Source of the DNA: a phage
Strand: one strand, 5' to 3'
Sequence record: PX418213.1
Length of the DNA: 64,000 nt
Shown: piece by piece, positions 7,585-16,185 of the stretch
Position numbering within the stretch: position 1 is the first letter of the stretch
Layout: every line of letters begins with the position of its first letter
Notes under the pieces: model-generated
Databases searched by the model: none
What the model was told of the DNA's origin: nothing
The model's input: the letters and a program-made list of their open reading frames with translations, nothing else
Made by a program: the position numbers and the translations under genes

Positions 7585-8101
7585 AGATATATTTCCTATT
7601 CTAAGTATTTTTAAGAATTCTCATAAAAACTCTTAAAAATACAGACGATACCGGGAGAGTCATAAGTCTCACTCATTAAGTATTTCAAGACAAAATACGG
7701 TAACGTCTATTATTTTCCAGTTTAAGTCAGGGTGACTTAGTGGTTATGTCCTGCGGTATATTGAGGACTCGGTTAGGCTTGGGGTCATGACTTCCCACCT
7801 TTTGCTGCTACTCAACAGGAGTTATCGCGAATTACCTGTGCTATTGTGCACCATTAGTGACATCTCTCATGTCAGCATTTCCCACTTTGTGGATAGCTTG
7901 AAAAACTACTCCGATATGGAGAAAGAACTTCACTATCCTAGAATACCTTCTAAAGTTCTTCTTTAGCCTGGACATAGTTAAATCGTAATAAAACTATTCA
8001 GCAGACTGGTTGGTTAGTCTGGAACCAACTACCGCGTGGTTTAGGCAGTGCGCAACTAACCTCGGAAGCTTTTACGTTAAAAGCACCAGTTATCCAGTTC
8101 T

Positions 8102-8173
8102 TACCGACCGTAGGATTCGAACCTACATCTTCCACCAGTTACGACTTGATAATACCAATTATACTAGGACGGC
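8102..8173 (-). tRNA. tRNA-like element (degenerate; no clean anticodon arm, no CCA)
   Basis: T-arm gtagg-ttcgaat-cctac identical to that of the 830-912 tRNA; acceptor pairs 6 of 7; no convincing anticodon stem-loop found by hand. Confidence 0.3.
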
Positions 8174-8396
8174 AGTGTTACTACATAAGTGATTTCCACA
8201 CCCCACTATTTATAAATTAGAGAAGAGTTTAGGGGAGAGGTTTCAGACGCCTCATTTTACACGTTCTAGCCACTAACCGGGATTGCCGCCCCCTGTGTAC
8301 TAGTTTTACAACTAACCCACCGACTCTATTCAATGCGCTCCGCTTGGGATTCTGCACTCAGCGTAATCGGCTCGCTGTTCCCTAATTTATGAATAT

Positions 8397-8425
8397 ATTA
8401 TACAGAATTTATAAGCATTTAGCAA
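8397..8425 (-). promoter_or_regulatory. sigma70-like promoter (minus strand) firing into an ORF-free region
   Basis: attata/tagcaa with 17-bp spacer; downstream on the minus strand (8390 to about 7600) there is no ORF of 60 aa or more, only the tRNA-like element. Confidence 0.45.
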
Positions 8426-8433
8426 ATAAATTT

Positions 8434-8877
8434 TTAATTAAATTCTCCAGCAATCTGAGCAGCAGTACCACCATCATAACGCCCAGGAAATTCTTCCTTA
8501 ATCGCTTTCATCAGCATACCCTTTGTAATTCCAGGGTTTAGCTTAACTAATTCTGCAAAGTATTTACGAATCTCAGTATCAGATAACTGAGGAGGCAGAT
8601 ACTCCTGCAACCATTTATTTAGAATGTACTCATACTGAGCAGACTGCAAGCTATAACTATCAAGATCTTGACCATGAAGTTTAGCTTTCATCTGGTTAAT
8701 GCTTTTTAGTTGAGCTTTGAGATAAGACACAAATTGTTCAGAAGTGATGAAATCTTTATCAATACGCTGAAGATCCCCAATTATGGTCTGATAGCTTTTA
8801 GCGACTTCTTTATCAGAACCATTAAACTTAGAATCCTGCAAAGCTCTACGCAAAACATCTAAAATATTCTCTTCCAT
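8434..8877 (-). CDS. hypothetical protein, possible GatB/YqeY-like C-terminal domain
   Basis: C-terminal GMLMKAIKEEFPGRYDGGTAAQIAGEF resembles the YqeY/GatB motif; start overlaps the stop of the upstream small ORF (TAATG). Confidence 0.45.
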   Translation of the reverse strand: MEENILDVLRRALQDSKFNGSDKEVAKSYQTIIGDLQRIDKDFITSEQFVSYLKAQLKSINQMKAKLHGQDLDSYSLQSAQYEYILNKWLQEYLPPQLSDTEIRKYFAELVKLNPGITKGMLMKAIKEEFPGRYDGGTAAQIAGEFN

Positions 8878-9047
8878 TATTTCATTCCTAACGCTTGGTT
8901 AAAAGATTGTTCTGTCATAACTGCTGAGACTTTGGCGAAATCAAACTTTTTAGGGTTCGTAGTGATTTCAGCAACGTTAGAAGTTTTAACAGTTTTCGTA
9001 GTACGAATACCGCGAGTGTTAACACCAATAATTACAACTGATTTCAT
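8877..9047 (-). CDS. hypothetical small protein (about 56 aa, below ORF-track threshold)
   Basis: Hand translation MKSVVIIGVNTRGIRTTK...; GAGGAAG SD upstream; promoter motif at about 9079-9107 directly upstream. Confidence 0.4.
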   Translation of the reverse strand: MKSVVIIGVNTRGIRTTKTVKTSNVAEITTNPKKFDFAKVSAVMTEQSFNQALGMK

Positions 9048-9078
9048 ATTTCGCTTCCTCTCATTAATTTATGAAAGT

Positions 9079-9107
9079 ATTATACAGAAATTTAAGTAGT
9101 TGAGCAA
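9079..9107 (-). promoter_or_regulatory. sigma70-like promoter (minus strand)
   Basis: attata/gagcaa with 17-bp spacer; upstream of the 8877..9047 small ORF. Confidence 0.45.
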
Positions 9108-9115
9108 GTAAATTT

Positions 9116-9565
9116 TTAAGTTTTAGTGACAACAGGTTTATAGAATGTATGTCCCTTAATCTTAGTTGTTTTCTTAAATTTCTTTGTCCAGTAAGGTTTA
9201 TCTTTACCACTATGGAAGTATAGTGCTCCATGTGTAGGATCTTGTGGTAAATCAACGTAGTATATCACTCTAGCTAAATTCTTAGCGGTTTGCCAAGCCT
9301 CATCAGTTTTATCAACTTTTGGTCTCTTAGATACCCAAGAGAACTGGTTAGACTGATATACTACTTTACAGTAGGAATCTGGGAATTTACCGGAGTTTAC
9401 ACGGTTTTTAGTAACATGTGCAATCGCCGTCATTCCCTTTATGCCCTCACCACGACTTTCGAAATAGATATTTTTAGCAATGCAATCTATTTCTTTTGCA
9501 TCGTGCGATGCCTGACTACTAAAGCTGAAGGTAAGGGCAGCTACTAAAAGCAAAGCTGCCTTCAT
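9116..9565 (-). CDS. SleB/CwlJ-like cell-wall hydrolase with N-terminal signal peptide
   Basis: Signal-like N-terminus MKAALLLVAALTFSFSSQA; Hydrolase_2-type motifs (NIYFESRGEG, AIAHVTKNR, QFSW); start placed at the ATG preceded by AGGAG. Confidence 0.6.
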   Translation of the reverse strand: MKAALLLVAALTFSFSSQASHDAKEIDCIAKNIYFESRGEGIKGMTAIAHVTKNRVNSGKFPDSYCKVVYQSNQFSWVSKRPKVDKTDEAWQTAKNLARVIYYVDLPQDPTHGALYFHSGKDKPYWTKKFKKTTKIKGHTFYKPVVTKT

Positions 9566-9569
9566 TCTT

Positions 9570-9887
9570 TTACTCCTGCCAATCATATTCAACACGATTG
9601 GGATTTTCTTTATACCCTAAGTCAAGCAAATCATTACGCATATTTTGCTTAGCTACTGGGTTCGAGGTTACTAGTACCACTTTCTTTGGTCTCTGCCCAA
9701 ATTCTAAGAGTAAACGAAGAATTTGATAACCTTCCATACCATCTACAGCCAAGTCATTATCCATATAAACGAAATGGCCTGTGGTATCAGTTTTATTCAG
9801 AAACTCTACAGCGGCTTCTGGGGTTCGAATGATAATGTCCATTCCGTGAAGATTACGCACATCATCAATCAAAATATGAAAAGTCAT
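9570..9887 (-). CDS. hypothetical protein, weak CheY-like receiver resemblance
   Basis: ILIDDV, YMDNDLAVDGMEGYQIL and VVLVTSNP spaced like receiver-domain acidic pocket, Asp and Thr/Ser; by-eye only. Confidence 0.35.
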   Translation of the reverse strand: MTFHILIDDVRNLHGMDIIIRTPEAAVEFLNKTDTTGHFVYMDNDLAVDGMEGYQILRLLLEFGQRPKKVVLVTSNPVAKQNMRNDLLDLGYKENPNRVEYDWQE

Positions 9888-9917
9888 AATAGCCTCGTTT
9901 CATCAATTTAAAAATAT

Positions 9918-9946
9918 ATTATACATATAATTTAGTAGATTAGCAA
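9918..9946 (-). promoter_or_regulatory. sigma70-like promoter (minus strand)
   Basis: attata/tagcaa with 17-bp spacer; upstream of 9570..9887. Confidence 0.45.
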
Positions 9947-10329
9947 ATACATTTTTAAATTGTGAAACTAGTAAACCGATAAACAGCCTAGAGGCGCCAC
10001 AGGCCATATCTTATGAGCCATGTACCTTTGATCTAGGGTTTGAATCATCAACGAATACTTTGCATCTTTTAGCTTTAGAAGTTTAGAAGTTTGAGTTCTT
10101 TAAACTTTTCAGCTTTCATACTTAAATGTTGATCTTTGAAGTTGTGTCGGTAATATCAACGACGCTTTGTTCTTACGTGTCAGCTTAAAAGGCTGGTGTA
10201 ATAAACATAATCTCCAATAGATTATACTTTATAGTATGGTCAGCGGTCCTATTTAACCTCGTATTTCAACCGCTGCTGCGAGGTAAGATGCTTGGGCTTT
10301 CGTCTACCGATTTACTAGCTTTTAAATTA

Positions 10330-10968
10330 TTACTCTACTTCAATGAAGGTAGAGGCGTTAGACTCGGACAGAACAAAGTCAACATTTGTTGCAAAGTCCT
10401 GATATTCCTCGTCATGCTGCTTAATCAGCTTTTCCAGTTCCAGCGGATCAATCAAGAATGGAGTATTCTTGAGTTCCAGCAGGTTGAGCTGCATTTTAAC
10501 TTCATCTTCGGAAGTTTTCTTATCGCGGGTAGCCATGCTATCCTGCAAACGCTCATATTTAGCATCAAACTGTGCTTTCTGCGTATTAAACTTAACCGTA
10601 GCGGCATGGAACTGCTTACGCATATTAGCCAGCAGTTGGGCTTTAAGTTCCATAGAACGCTTAGCTTCAATTGCTTCCGCAACAGTCATCTTACGAGAGC
10701 CAATCTCAACGATTGTTTCCGCATTGCTTTTAATCAGAGCAGATTTGATACGATCACGCTGGGACATCATATCCAGGAGAGATTGGAAATCTGCCTTAAT
10801 ACGAGTAGACAAATCAGCTACTTCGATTGCAGCGCCAACTACAACCTGGTTTTTATCCTTACCTTCGCCAACAGCGATCAGAAGCTGCTGTTCAGTAGCT
10901 TTACGGATTTTAGCTTCCAGAGATTTGATAGTTGCCAGAGCGCGAGTTTTAGAGATACGAGTAGTCAT
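10330..10968 (-). CDS. hypothetical protein (212 aa)
   Basis: ORF track; the long + strand ORFs over this region are taken as antisense artefacts. Confidence 0.55.
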   Translation of the reverse strand: MTTRISKTRALATIKSLEAKIRKATEQQLLIAVGEGKDKNQVVVGAAIEVADLSTRIKADFQSLLDMMSQRDRIKSALIKSNAETIVEIGSRKMTVAEAIEAKRSMELKAQLLANMRKQFHAATVKFNTQKAQFDAKYERLQDSMATRDKKTSEDEVKMQLNLLELKNTPFLIDPLELEKLIKQHDEEYQDFATNVDFVLSESNASTFIEVE

Positions 10969-11021
10969 TATTTGCTTCCTTATATGAAGTTTGAGATTTG
11001 AATTTGTTTAAATTTGGTCTA

Positions 11022-11204
11022 TTACAGACCAATTGCCAGCAGAGTGCGCAGAACAGTATCATTACTGTTATCAATTTTAGGATTAGCACGATTTAGCAGA
11101 TCAAAGATCTTCTGGATACCTGATTGACGTTCAGCCATACGACGGATGCCCAGATTACGAGTAGCTTTCTTACCATTTTTACGAACATTTTTAGATACTG
11201 GCAT
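11022..11204 (-). CDS. hypothetical small basic protein (60 aa)
   Basis: ORF track; promoter motif at about 11245-11273 upstream. Confidence 0.4.
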   Translation of the reverse strand: MPVSKNVRKNGKKATRNLGIRRMAERQSGIQKIFDLLNRANPKIDNSNDTVLRTLLAIGL

Positions 11205-11274
11205 ATTTGTTTTCCTTTTATTGTTTTCTCAAATTTATGAGTATATTATACAGAATTTTGGGGCCGGAAGCAAA

Positions 11275-11976
11275 TCAAATTTTCATTTTTTCGATCATAG
11301 CTGCAACACAATAGCTCTCAACTAAGGCATCAAATGCAGGAGCATGCTTAACCGGATAGATCCCATAACGAATGGTGTCCATCTTTTCCATTTTAGCTAT
11401 TGCCCAGCTAATACCTTCGGTCTCTAGAGCTTTATAACTGTATCCAGCTTGCATCCAGAGATTACGAAGAGATCGAACATTGCCCAAATTCCAGAATTTC
11501 CACGGAACTACCTCTTCATTGGTTCCAGCATGGAACGTATTTGCAGAGTAGATAGTCATATCAAACTCTGGGCCATTGCCATAATACAAAGCATTTTCGC
11601 CTAGAGCCAACTCCATAATATTTTGAGCCATAGAGAAGGCAGCATAGTTTGAGCCTAATTTATTAGTGCAATGATGTTTACCATTTTGGAAGGCAATCAG
11701 TTTTGGATTACGTTCCTTCATAGCTTCCATAATGTGGATAGCAGACGGACTATTTTTAGCTTGATCCATCCAGAATGCTAGAGTAGATGCTGTAACTTTG
11801 GCACCAGAATTAAGTTGATCTTGCACATCCAAAGTAACAAATACTAGATCAGGGTCTTTATCAATTCCATGCATAGCCACAAAAGCGAAAGAAGGCATTG
11901 CGATATGAGTAGTACCACAATCTCCTGGAGTTCCTAGAGATTCAATATCTAGCATACCAAATGGTTTTACTTTCAT
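11275..11976 (-). CDS. DnaQ-like 3'-5' exonuclease (DEDDh type)
   Basis: Exo I-like MLDIESLGT (DxE) near the N-terminus and Exo III-like KHAPAFDAL (H-x4-D) near the C-terminus. Confidence 0.5.
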   Translation of the reverse strand: MKVKPFGMLDIESLGTPGDCGTTHIAMPSFAFVAMHGIDKDPDLVFVTLDVQDQLNSGAKVTASTLAFWMDQAKNSPSAIHIMEAMKERNPKLIAFQNGKHHCTNKLGSNYAAFSMAQNIMELALGENALYYGNGPEFDMTIYSANTFHAGTNEEVVPWKFWNLGNVRSLRNLWMQAGYSYKALETEGISWAIAKMEKMDTIRYGIYPVKHAPAFDALVESYCVAAMIEKMKI

Positions 11977-12004
11977 AACTTATCCTTTATTGTGTAGAAA
12001 ACTA

Positions 12005-12226
12005 TTAAAGAGCTGTCTCTTTAATAGACTCCCACTTCTTGGGGTCTTTAAAACCAGGAAGCATATCCTCACTGACATCCCAGTTCTCTTCCATATAGGG
12101 GTCATCTAAGTCTAACTCATCCACTGCTAAATCCATTACCTCATGACTAGAAAGTCGTGTATAATCCCTAGCTGACTTATGGGTGCTAGCACGGTTAAAA
12201 TCATTCTTTGCTACAAAATTACGCAT
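12005..12226 (-). CDS. hypothetical protein (73 aa)
   Basis: ORF track. Confidence 0.4.
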   Translation of the reverse strand: MRNFVAKNDFNRASTHKSARDYTRLSSHEVMDLAVDELDLDDPYMEENWDVSEDMLPGFKDPKKWESIKETAL

Positions 12227-12267
12227 AGTTTCTCCAAATAAGAGGGGCTTTCGCCCCCTGATTTAAA

Positions 12268-12483
12268 TCACTTGCCCAGCAGTTTAAGGATATTTTCCAT
12301 AATAGTTTGGGCGGATTTTTCACTCTTGTTGGTTTCAGCCAACTTTAAAGCGAGTTCTTCCTGCTGTTTCTGAATATCAGCTGCGATTTTTTGATCAGCC
12401 TCAATACGAGCTTGAAGCTCATCAGTGATAGTGGTAAAGGAAGCAACGATTTCAGTAACAGAACGTGGTTTCTTAGAGAACAT
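12268..12483 (-). CDS. hypothetical protein (71 aa)
   Basis: ORF track; followed on the minus strand by a GC hairpin with GAAA loop. Confidence 0.4.
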   Translation of the reverse strand: MFSKKPRSVTEIVASFTTITDELQARIEADQKIAADIQKQQEELALKLAETNKSEKSAQTIMENILKLLGK

Positions 12484-12547
12484 AAAAAATATCCTTGATT
12501 AGTTAGAGAATTAGTCGATTGTAGGGGCTTTCGCCCCTATTTATCTA

Positions 12548-13063
12548 TTACTTCGCTTTACGCTTGCGAGCTGGTTTAGCAGATTTACGAGCAGAATCAC
12601 CCGTGAACTTAATGCCTACACCGTAACACAGAGCACGAACATTATCTTTACTATACTCTACGCCAAAGATATTTGGCTTAACAGAACCAAACTGTCCACG
12701 AGTATCACGCAATACATCTGCTGTTGGTTTACGCTTCTGGTTAACTGCCTTCTCATAGTCTTTCATAGACATACCATTACGAGAGAACAATTCAGCCCCA
12801 GCGTTGAAGCTCAAGGAAACCGGGACAGATTTGTGGCCGTAATTTTCTACATACATAACCATTTTGTAGGATTTACGGGTGGCATTTTTAGCTTTAGGCT
12901 TTTGACGAATCGGAGCCGGGTTATTCAGTGCTTGTGCAGCCTGAGCATCGGTAGGATGCTTACGCAGGTGACGTTCCAGGCGAGCTTTGCGATTAGCCTC
13001 GGTCTGCGGGAAAGTTTTAACTGCCGGAGCTGCTTGAGTTTTTGCGTTTTTCTGCTTAGCCAT
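12548..13063 (-). CDS. hypothetical basic protein (171 aa), possible nucleic-acid binding
   Basis: Lys/Arg-rich N- and C-termini; promoter motif at about 13102-13130 upstream. Confidence 0.5.
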   Translation of the reverse strand: MAKQKNAKTQAAPAVKTFPQTEANRKARLERHLRKHPTDAQAAQALNNPAPIRQKPKAKNATRKSYKMVMYVENYGHKSVPVSLSFNAGAELFSRNGMSMKDYEKAVNQKRKPTADVLRDTRGQFGSVKPNIFGVEYSKDNVRALCYGVGIKFTGDSARKSAKPARKRKAK

Positions 13064-13101
13064 TATTTGTTTTCCTTTTTGTTTATCAATTTATGAAGTA
13101 T

Positions 13102-13130
13102 ATTATACGAGAATTTGAAGCGTTTAGCAA
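13102..13130 (-). promoter_or_regulatory. sigma70-like promoter (minus strand)
   Basis: attata/tagcaa with 17-bp spacer; upstream of 12548..13063. Confidence 0.5.
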
Positions 13131-13138
13131 ATGAATTT

Positions 13139-13588
13139 TTAATTTATTAACTGTAAGCTTCTTTTAATTTCAGACCTTACCTGCATCAAAAGAACTCCTA
13201 AAGTATTATCCCCGATGCCTCGGCAAACACCCCAATATGTATCTCCCCAGGTATTTCCTTCGATCAAAGTTGCATTTTTTGTTGCTAACAGTTTGTCTCT
13301 CAAATCAGGGATTGCAAACTTTAACCGTAAAAGCTCTAGCATTACATCATCTTTTACCTTATCCCAGTCAGAGCGCAGAGTTAATTTACGTCCTCTACGT
13401 TTGGCAACTCCTGCATTTAGGGAGCGCAGTACATGAGCTACATCATCTTTTTGGTCGGATTTCATAGCCTGAAAAGCATGTTCTACAGTATCAGCATGCC
13501 ATATCTCATTTAGGTATTCGAAAGTAATTGGTGATAAATAAAAGTTAGATAAGAAACTATAAGCACCTTTAAATTCAGTAATCTTCAT
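13139..13588 (-). CDS. NADAR (YbiA-like) domain protein
   Basis: FLSNFY, HAFQAMK and EGNTWGDTYWG motifs characteristic of the NADAR/DUF1768 family. Confidence 0.65.
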   Translation of the reverse strand: MKITEFKGAYSFLSNFYLSPITFEYLNEIWHADTVEHAFQAMKSDQKDDVAHVLRSLNAGVAKRRGRKLTLRSDWDKVKDDVMLELLRLKFAIPDLRDKLLATKNATLIEGNTWGDTYWGVCRGIGDNTLGVLLMQVRSEIKRSLQLIN

Positions 13589-13869
13589 TTTTTACGCCCC
13601 GCATCTTTAGCCTCTTCGGCTGTATAGATATACTGATAAGCCCCTTTGGAGTAGGCTGGAGCAGTACACATTTTCTTACGCTCAATCTCTTCTTGGGCTT
13701 TTCTTTCGCGTTCAGCTAATTCTTCATCCAGATAAACTAAACGTTGTTCTGGAGGGGGTGGAAGACGTGTTTCTGGCTCACCAATATTAGCCTTTCTTAT
13801 TTGACGAGGTGATTGTGCACGTTTTCTCAATGGTTTAAATCCTAATGAATTTGAGTTATAAATCCGCAT
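13585..13869 (-). CDS. hypothetical protein (94 aa)
   Basis: ORF track; promoter motif at about 13897-13925 upstream. Confidence 0.45.
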   Translation of the reverse strand: MRIYNSNSLGFKPLRKRAQSPRQIRKANIGEPETRLPPPPEQRLVYLDEELAERERKAQEEIERKKMCTAPAYSKGAYQYIYTAEEAKDAGRKK

Positions 13870-13946
13870 AAAGCCCTCCTCACTTTCAATACGAATATTA
13901 TACTAAATTAGAGGGCTTTAAGCAAGAGAATTTTTTAATTTATTTA

Positions 13947-14423
13947 TCACATCTCAGCCATTTCAGCTTCAGTAATAACTGTGTTACATAAGGCATCTAC
14001 AGCTTCATTACCACTAATACCAGAATGTCCTTTAACCTTAATAAAGGTAGGGTTAGTATTATGAAAGTTGATATACTGCTGTGTTAATTTAAATGCTTCC
14101 TGCCAAAGTTCTAGATTAAGAGGAACTTCACCATCTGCTTTCTTCCAGCCTTTCCTTTGCCAAGAAAACATCCAACTTTCCATACCATTTTTGCAATAAG
14201 CAGAGTCAGTATAGATAGCAATTGGTCTATTATCTTTTTTAACAGACCAACGTAGAGCTTCTACAATAGCTGTGAGTTCCATCTCATTATTTGTAGTTTT
14301 AGGATTATAACCAGATTTAGAACCTAAACGATCGTCGTTATCATCATAGACAATAAAACCCCAAGCACCTGGACCTGGATTAGACTTACAAGCACCATCT
14401 GTGTAAATGTGGAAAACCGACAT
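13947..14423 (-). CDS. rnhA: ribonuclease H (RNase HI)
   Basis: YTDGACKSNPGPGAWG, ELTA, IYTDSAY and KGHSGISGNE motifs; start placed at the ATG overlapping the upstream stop (TAATG). Confidence 0.8.
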   Translation of the reverse strand: MSVFHIYTDGACKSNPGPGAWGFIVYDDNDDRLGSKSGYNPKTTNNEMELTAIVEALRWSVKKDNRPIAIYTDSAYCKNGMESWMFSWQRKGWKKADGEVPLNLELWQEAFKLTQQYINFHNTNPTFIKVKGHSGISGNEAVDALCNTVITEAEMAEM

Positions 14424-14704
14424 TATACCTCCCAACTAATTTTAAGACCCATGTCTACAAAGGCGGCTTCTCGGTAGTATTGTGAGAGATGATACCCCTT
14501 ATCCGATAAGGCTTTTAGTACCGATTTAGCCGCTCCTGGCATTTCTCTAGGGTTATATAGCCACCTAGCGTAAGGATTATCTCTAATAATTACTTCTGTA
14601 TTTCCAGACTTAGCAGCTTCTACAATCTTTTCTTCTATAAATTTTAGAAATGCGGGTACTTCTGTTAATCCTGCAAGTTCTTGGGCTTCTTTGGCTGAAA
14701 TCAT
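14423..14704 (-). CDS. hypothetical protein (93 aa)
   Basis: ORF track; promoter motif at about 14730-14758 upstream. Confidence 0.5.
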   Translation of the reverse strand: MISAKEAQELAGLTEVPAFLKFIEEKIVEAAKSGNTEVIIRDNPYARWLYNPREMPGAAKSVLKALSDKGYHLSQYYREAAFVDMGLKISWEV

Positions 14705-14797
14705 TATATACCTCCAATTTATAAAATATATTATATTTAAATTTCACTAAATAAGCAAATGAAATTTAAATATAATAGCCCCGAAGGGCTATTTAAA

Positions 14798-15652
14798 TTA
14801 CACAGTGAATGGATATGCAATAGCAGGATGGTGTTTGTAACCACGAACAGTAAAATCATCCTTATTTACCCAGGTCAATACGTCCTCCAGAGTTCGGATA
14901 TTTGGATTGATTTCTAGAGTAGGAGGTGCAAAAGGTTCACGATCGAATTGCTTATGCTCCATCAAAACGTTATACTGATCCTCATAAATATGAAGATTGA
15001 TAATCTTCTGGCGTGCAATTCCTGGTTTAAGGCCTGTAATCTGTGCCATTAATGCTAGAAGCGTATAGCACTGAACCATGTTAAATACTTGGCCTAACAG
15101 GAAGTCATTAGATCTCTGGAAAGAGTTCAGATATAATGTATCTCCCAAAATAGAGAACTGATGAGTGTGCATACATGGACGTAAGCAACCCTTTGAGAAC
15201 TCTCCCGGATTCCAAAATGTTAGAATTTCCCCACGATCATCAATGCCCTTCTTCAGGTTATGATAAATCTTGGCTAGTTGGTCAAACATAAGACCATCGG
15301 AATTAGTCCACTGACGTCCTTGAACACCATAGACTCGTCCCATATCATCCTCACCTTTACGGTATGGATTGTCTAACCAAGCTAAGTTTTCATTTGCATT
15401 AGCATTCCATGTGTTAACACCAATAGCGCGGAATTGTGCTGCTGAATCATACCCGCGTAGATACCCAATCATTTCCATTATTGCTTGTTTTGCAAACGCC
15501 TTACGGGTAGTAATAAGTGGAAATTCACCTGCACCTACGTTAAAAGTAAAGTCTGCGTCAATAATAGTGAGGCAACGAACCCCCGTTCTAGGATTCGTTA
15601 CCCACTGACCTTCTGATAGAATACGTTTTCCAACTTCGATATACTGATCCAT
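14798..15652 (-). CDS. thyA: thymidylate synthase
   Basis: Active-site Cys context (RPCMHTHQF) and other ThyA-typical blocks ([17 protein letters not shown]). Confidence 0.9.
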   Translation of the reverse strand: MDQYIEVGKRILSEGQWVTNPRTGVRCLTIIDADFTFNVGAGEFPLITTRKAFAKQAIMEMIGYLRGYDSAAQFRAIGVNTWNANANENLAWLDNPYRKGEDDMGRVYGVQGRQWTNSDGLMFDQLAKIYHNLKKGIDDRGEILTFWNPGEFSKGCLRPCMHTHQFSILGDTLYLNSFQRSNDFLLGQVFNMVQCYTLLALMAQITGLKPGIARQKIINLHIYEDQYNVLMEHKQFDREPFAPPTLEINPNIRTLEDVLTWVNKDDFTVRGYKHHPAIAYPFTV

Positions 15653-16185
15653 TAATAAGTAACCAATTCCTGTACAAATCGCAGGCTGTTATCACTGTTT
15701 GCGCCAGTTGCGTAAACTAAACGAGTAGATTCATAGTTGTAATCTAGAATCGTATTATCCAGATGTACATCTGCCTCTAGTTTTTGATTACTAAAGATTG
15801 TGGATACGAAAGCACTTTCAATATGTCCATGAATATACATTTCGTACAGTAATGTTGCACCACCTAAAACCACTGTCTGTTGATCTTTTAAGAATGTAGG
15901 TAATGTATCTCCAATCTTTGAAATTGGGGTATAGATACCATGCTTAATATCATCAGGCAGAGGACGATCCGCACGAATAAAGAGGTCAGATTCTCCAATC
16001 ATACGTTGCCGAACAACTTCTGGAAGTGCTAAATAAGTACCCGCACCAATGATGATGTTATCTGGATTCAACACGTCTAGTTGAGAATAGAAAGCATCTA
16101 GTTCTTCTTTGAAGGAACCCCATGGGAGTTTACCTCGGAGGCCGAACTCCCCATTCGGCCCAACTGCATATATTGCTGTAATCAT
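15652..16185 (-). CDS. frd: dihydrofolate reductase
   Basis: N-terminal [22 protein letters not shown] typical of DHFR; adjacent to thyA; TAATG-type overlap. Confidence 0.85.
   Translation of the reverse strand: MITAIYAVGPNGEFGLRGKLPWGSFKEELDAFYSQLDVLNPDNIIIGAGTYLALPEVVRQRMIGESDLFIRADRPLPDDIKHGIYTPISKIGDTLPTFLKDQQTVVLGGATLLYEMYIHGHIESAFVSTIFSNQKLEADVHLDNTILDYNYESTRLVYATGANSDNSLRFVQELVTY

Noticed and set aside
10288-11001. Plus-strand ORFs 10288..11001 and 10469..10987, minus-strand 10452..10682
   Set aside because: All overlap the co-oriented minus-strand gene 10330..10968, which fits the promoter/operon layout; their translations are Leu/Ser/Cys-rich and lack SD sites.
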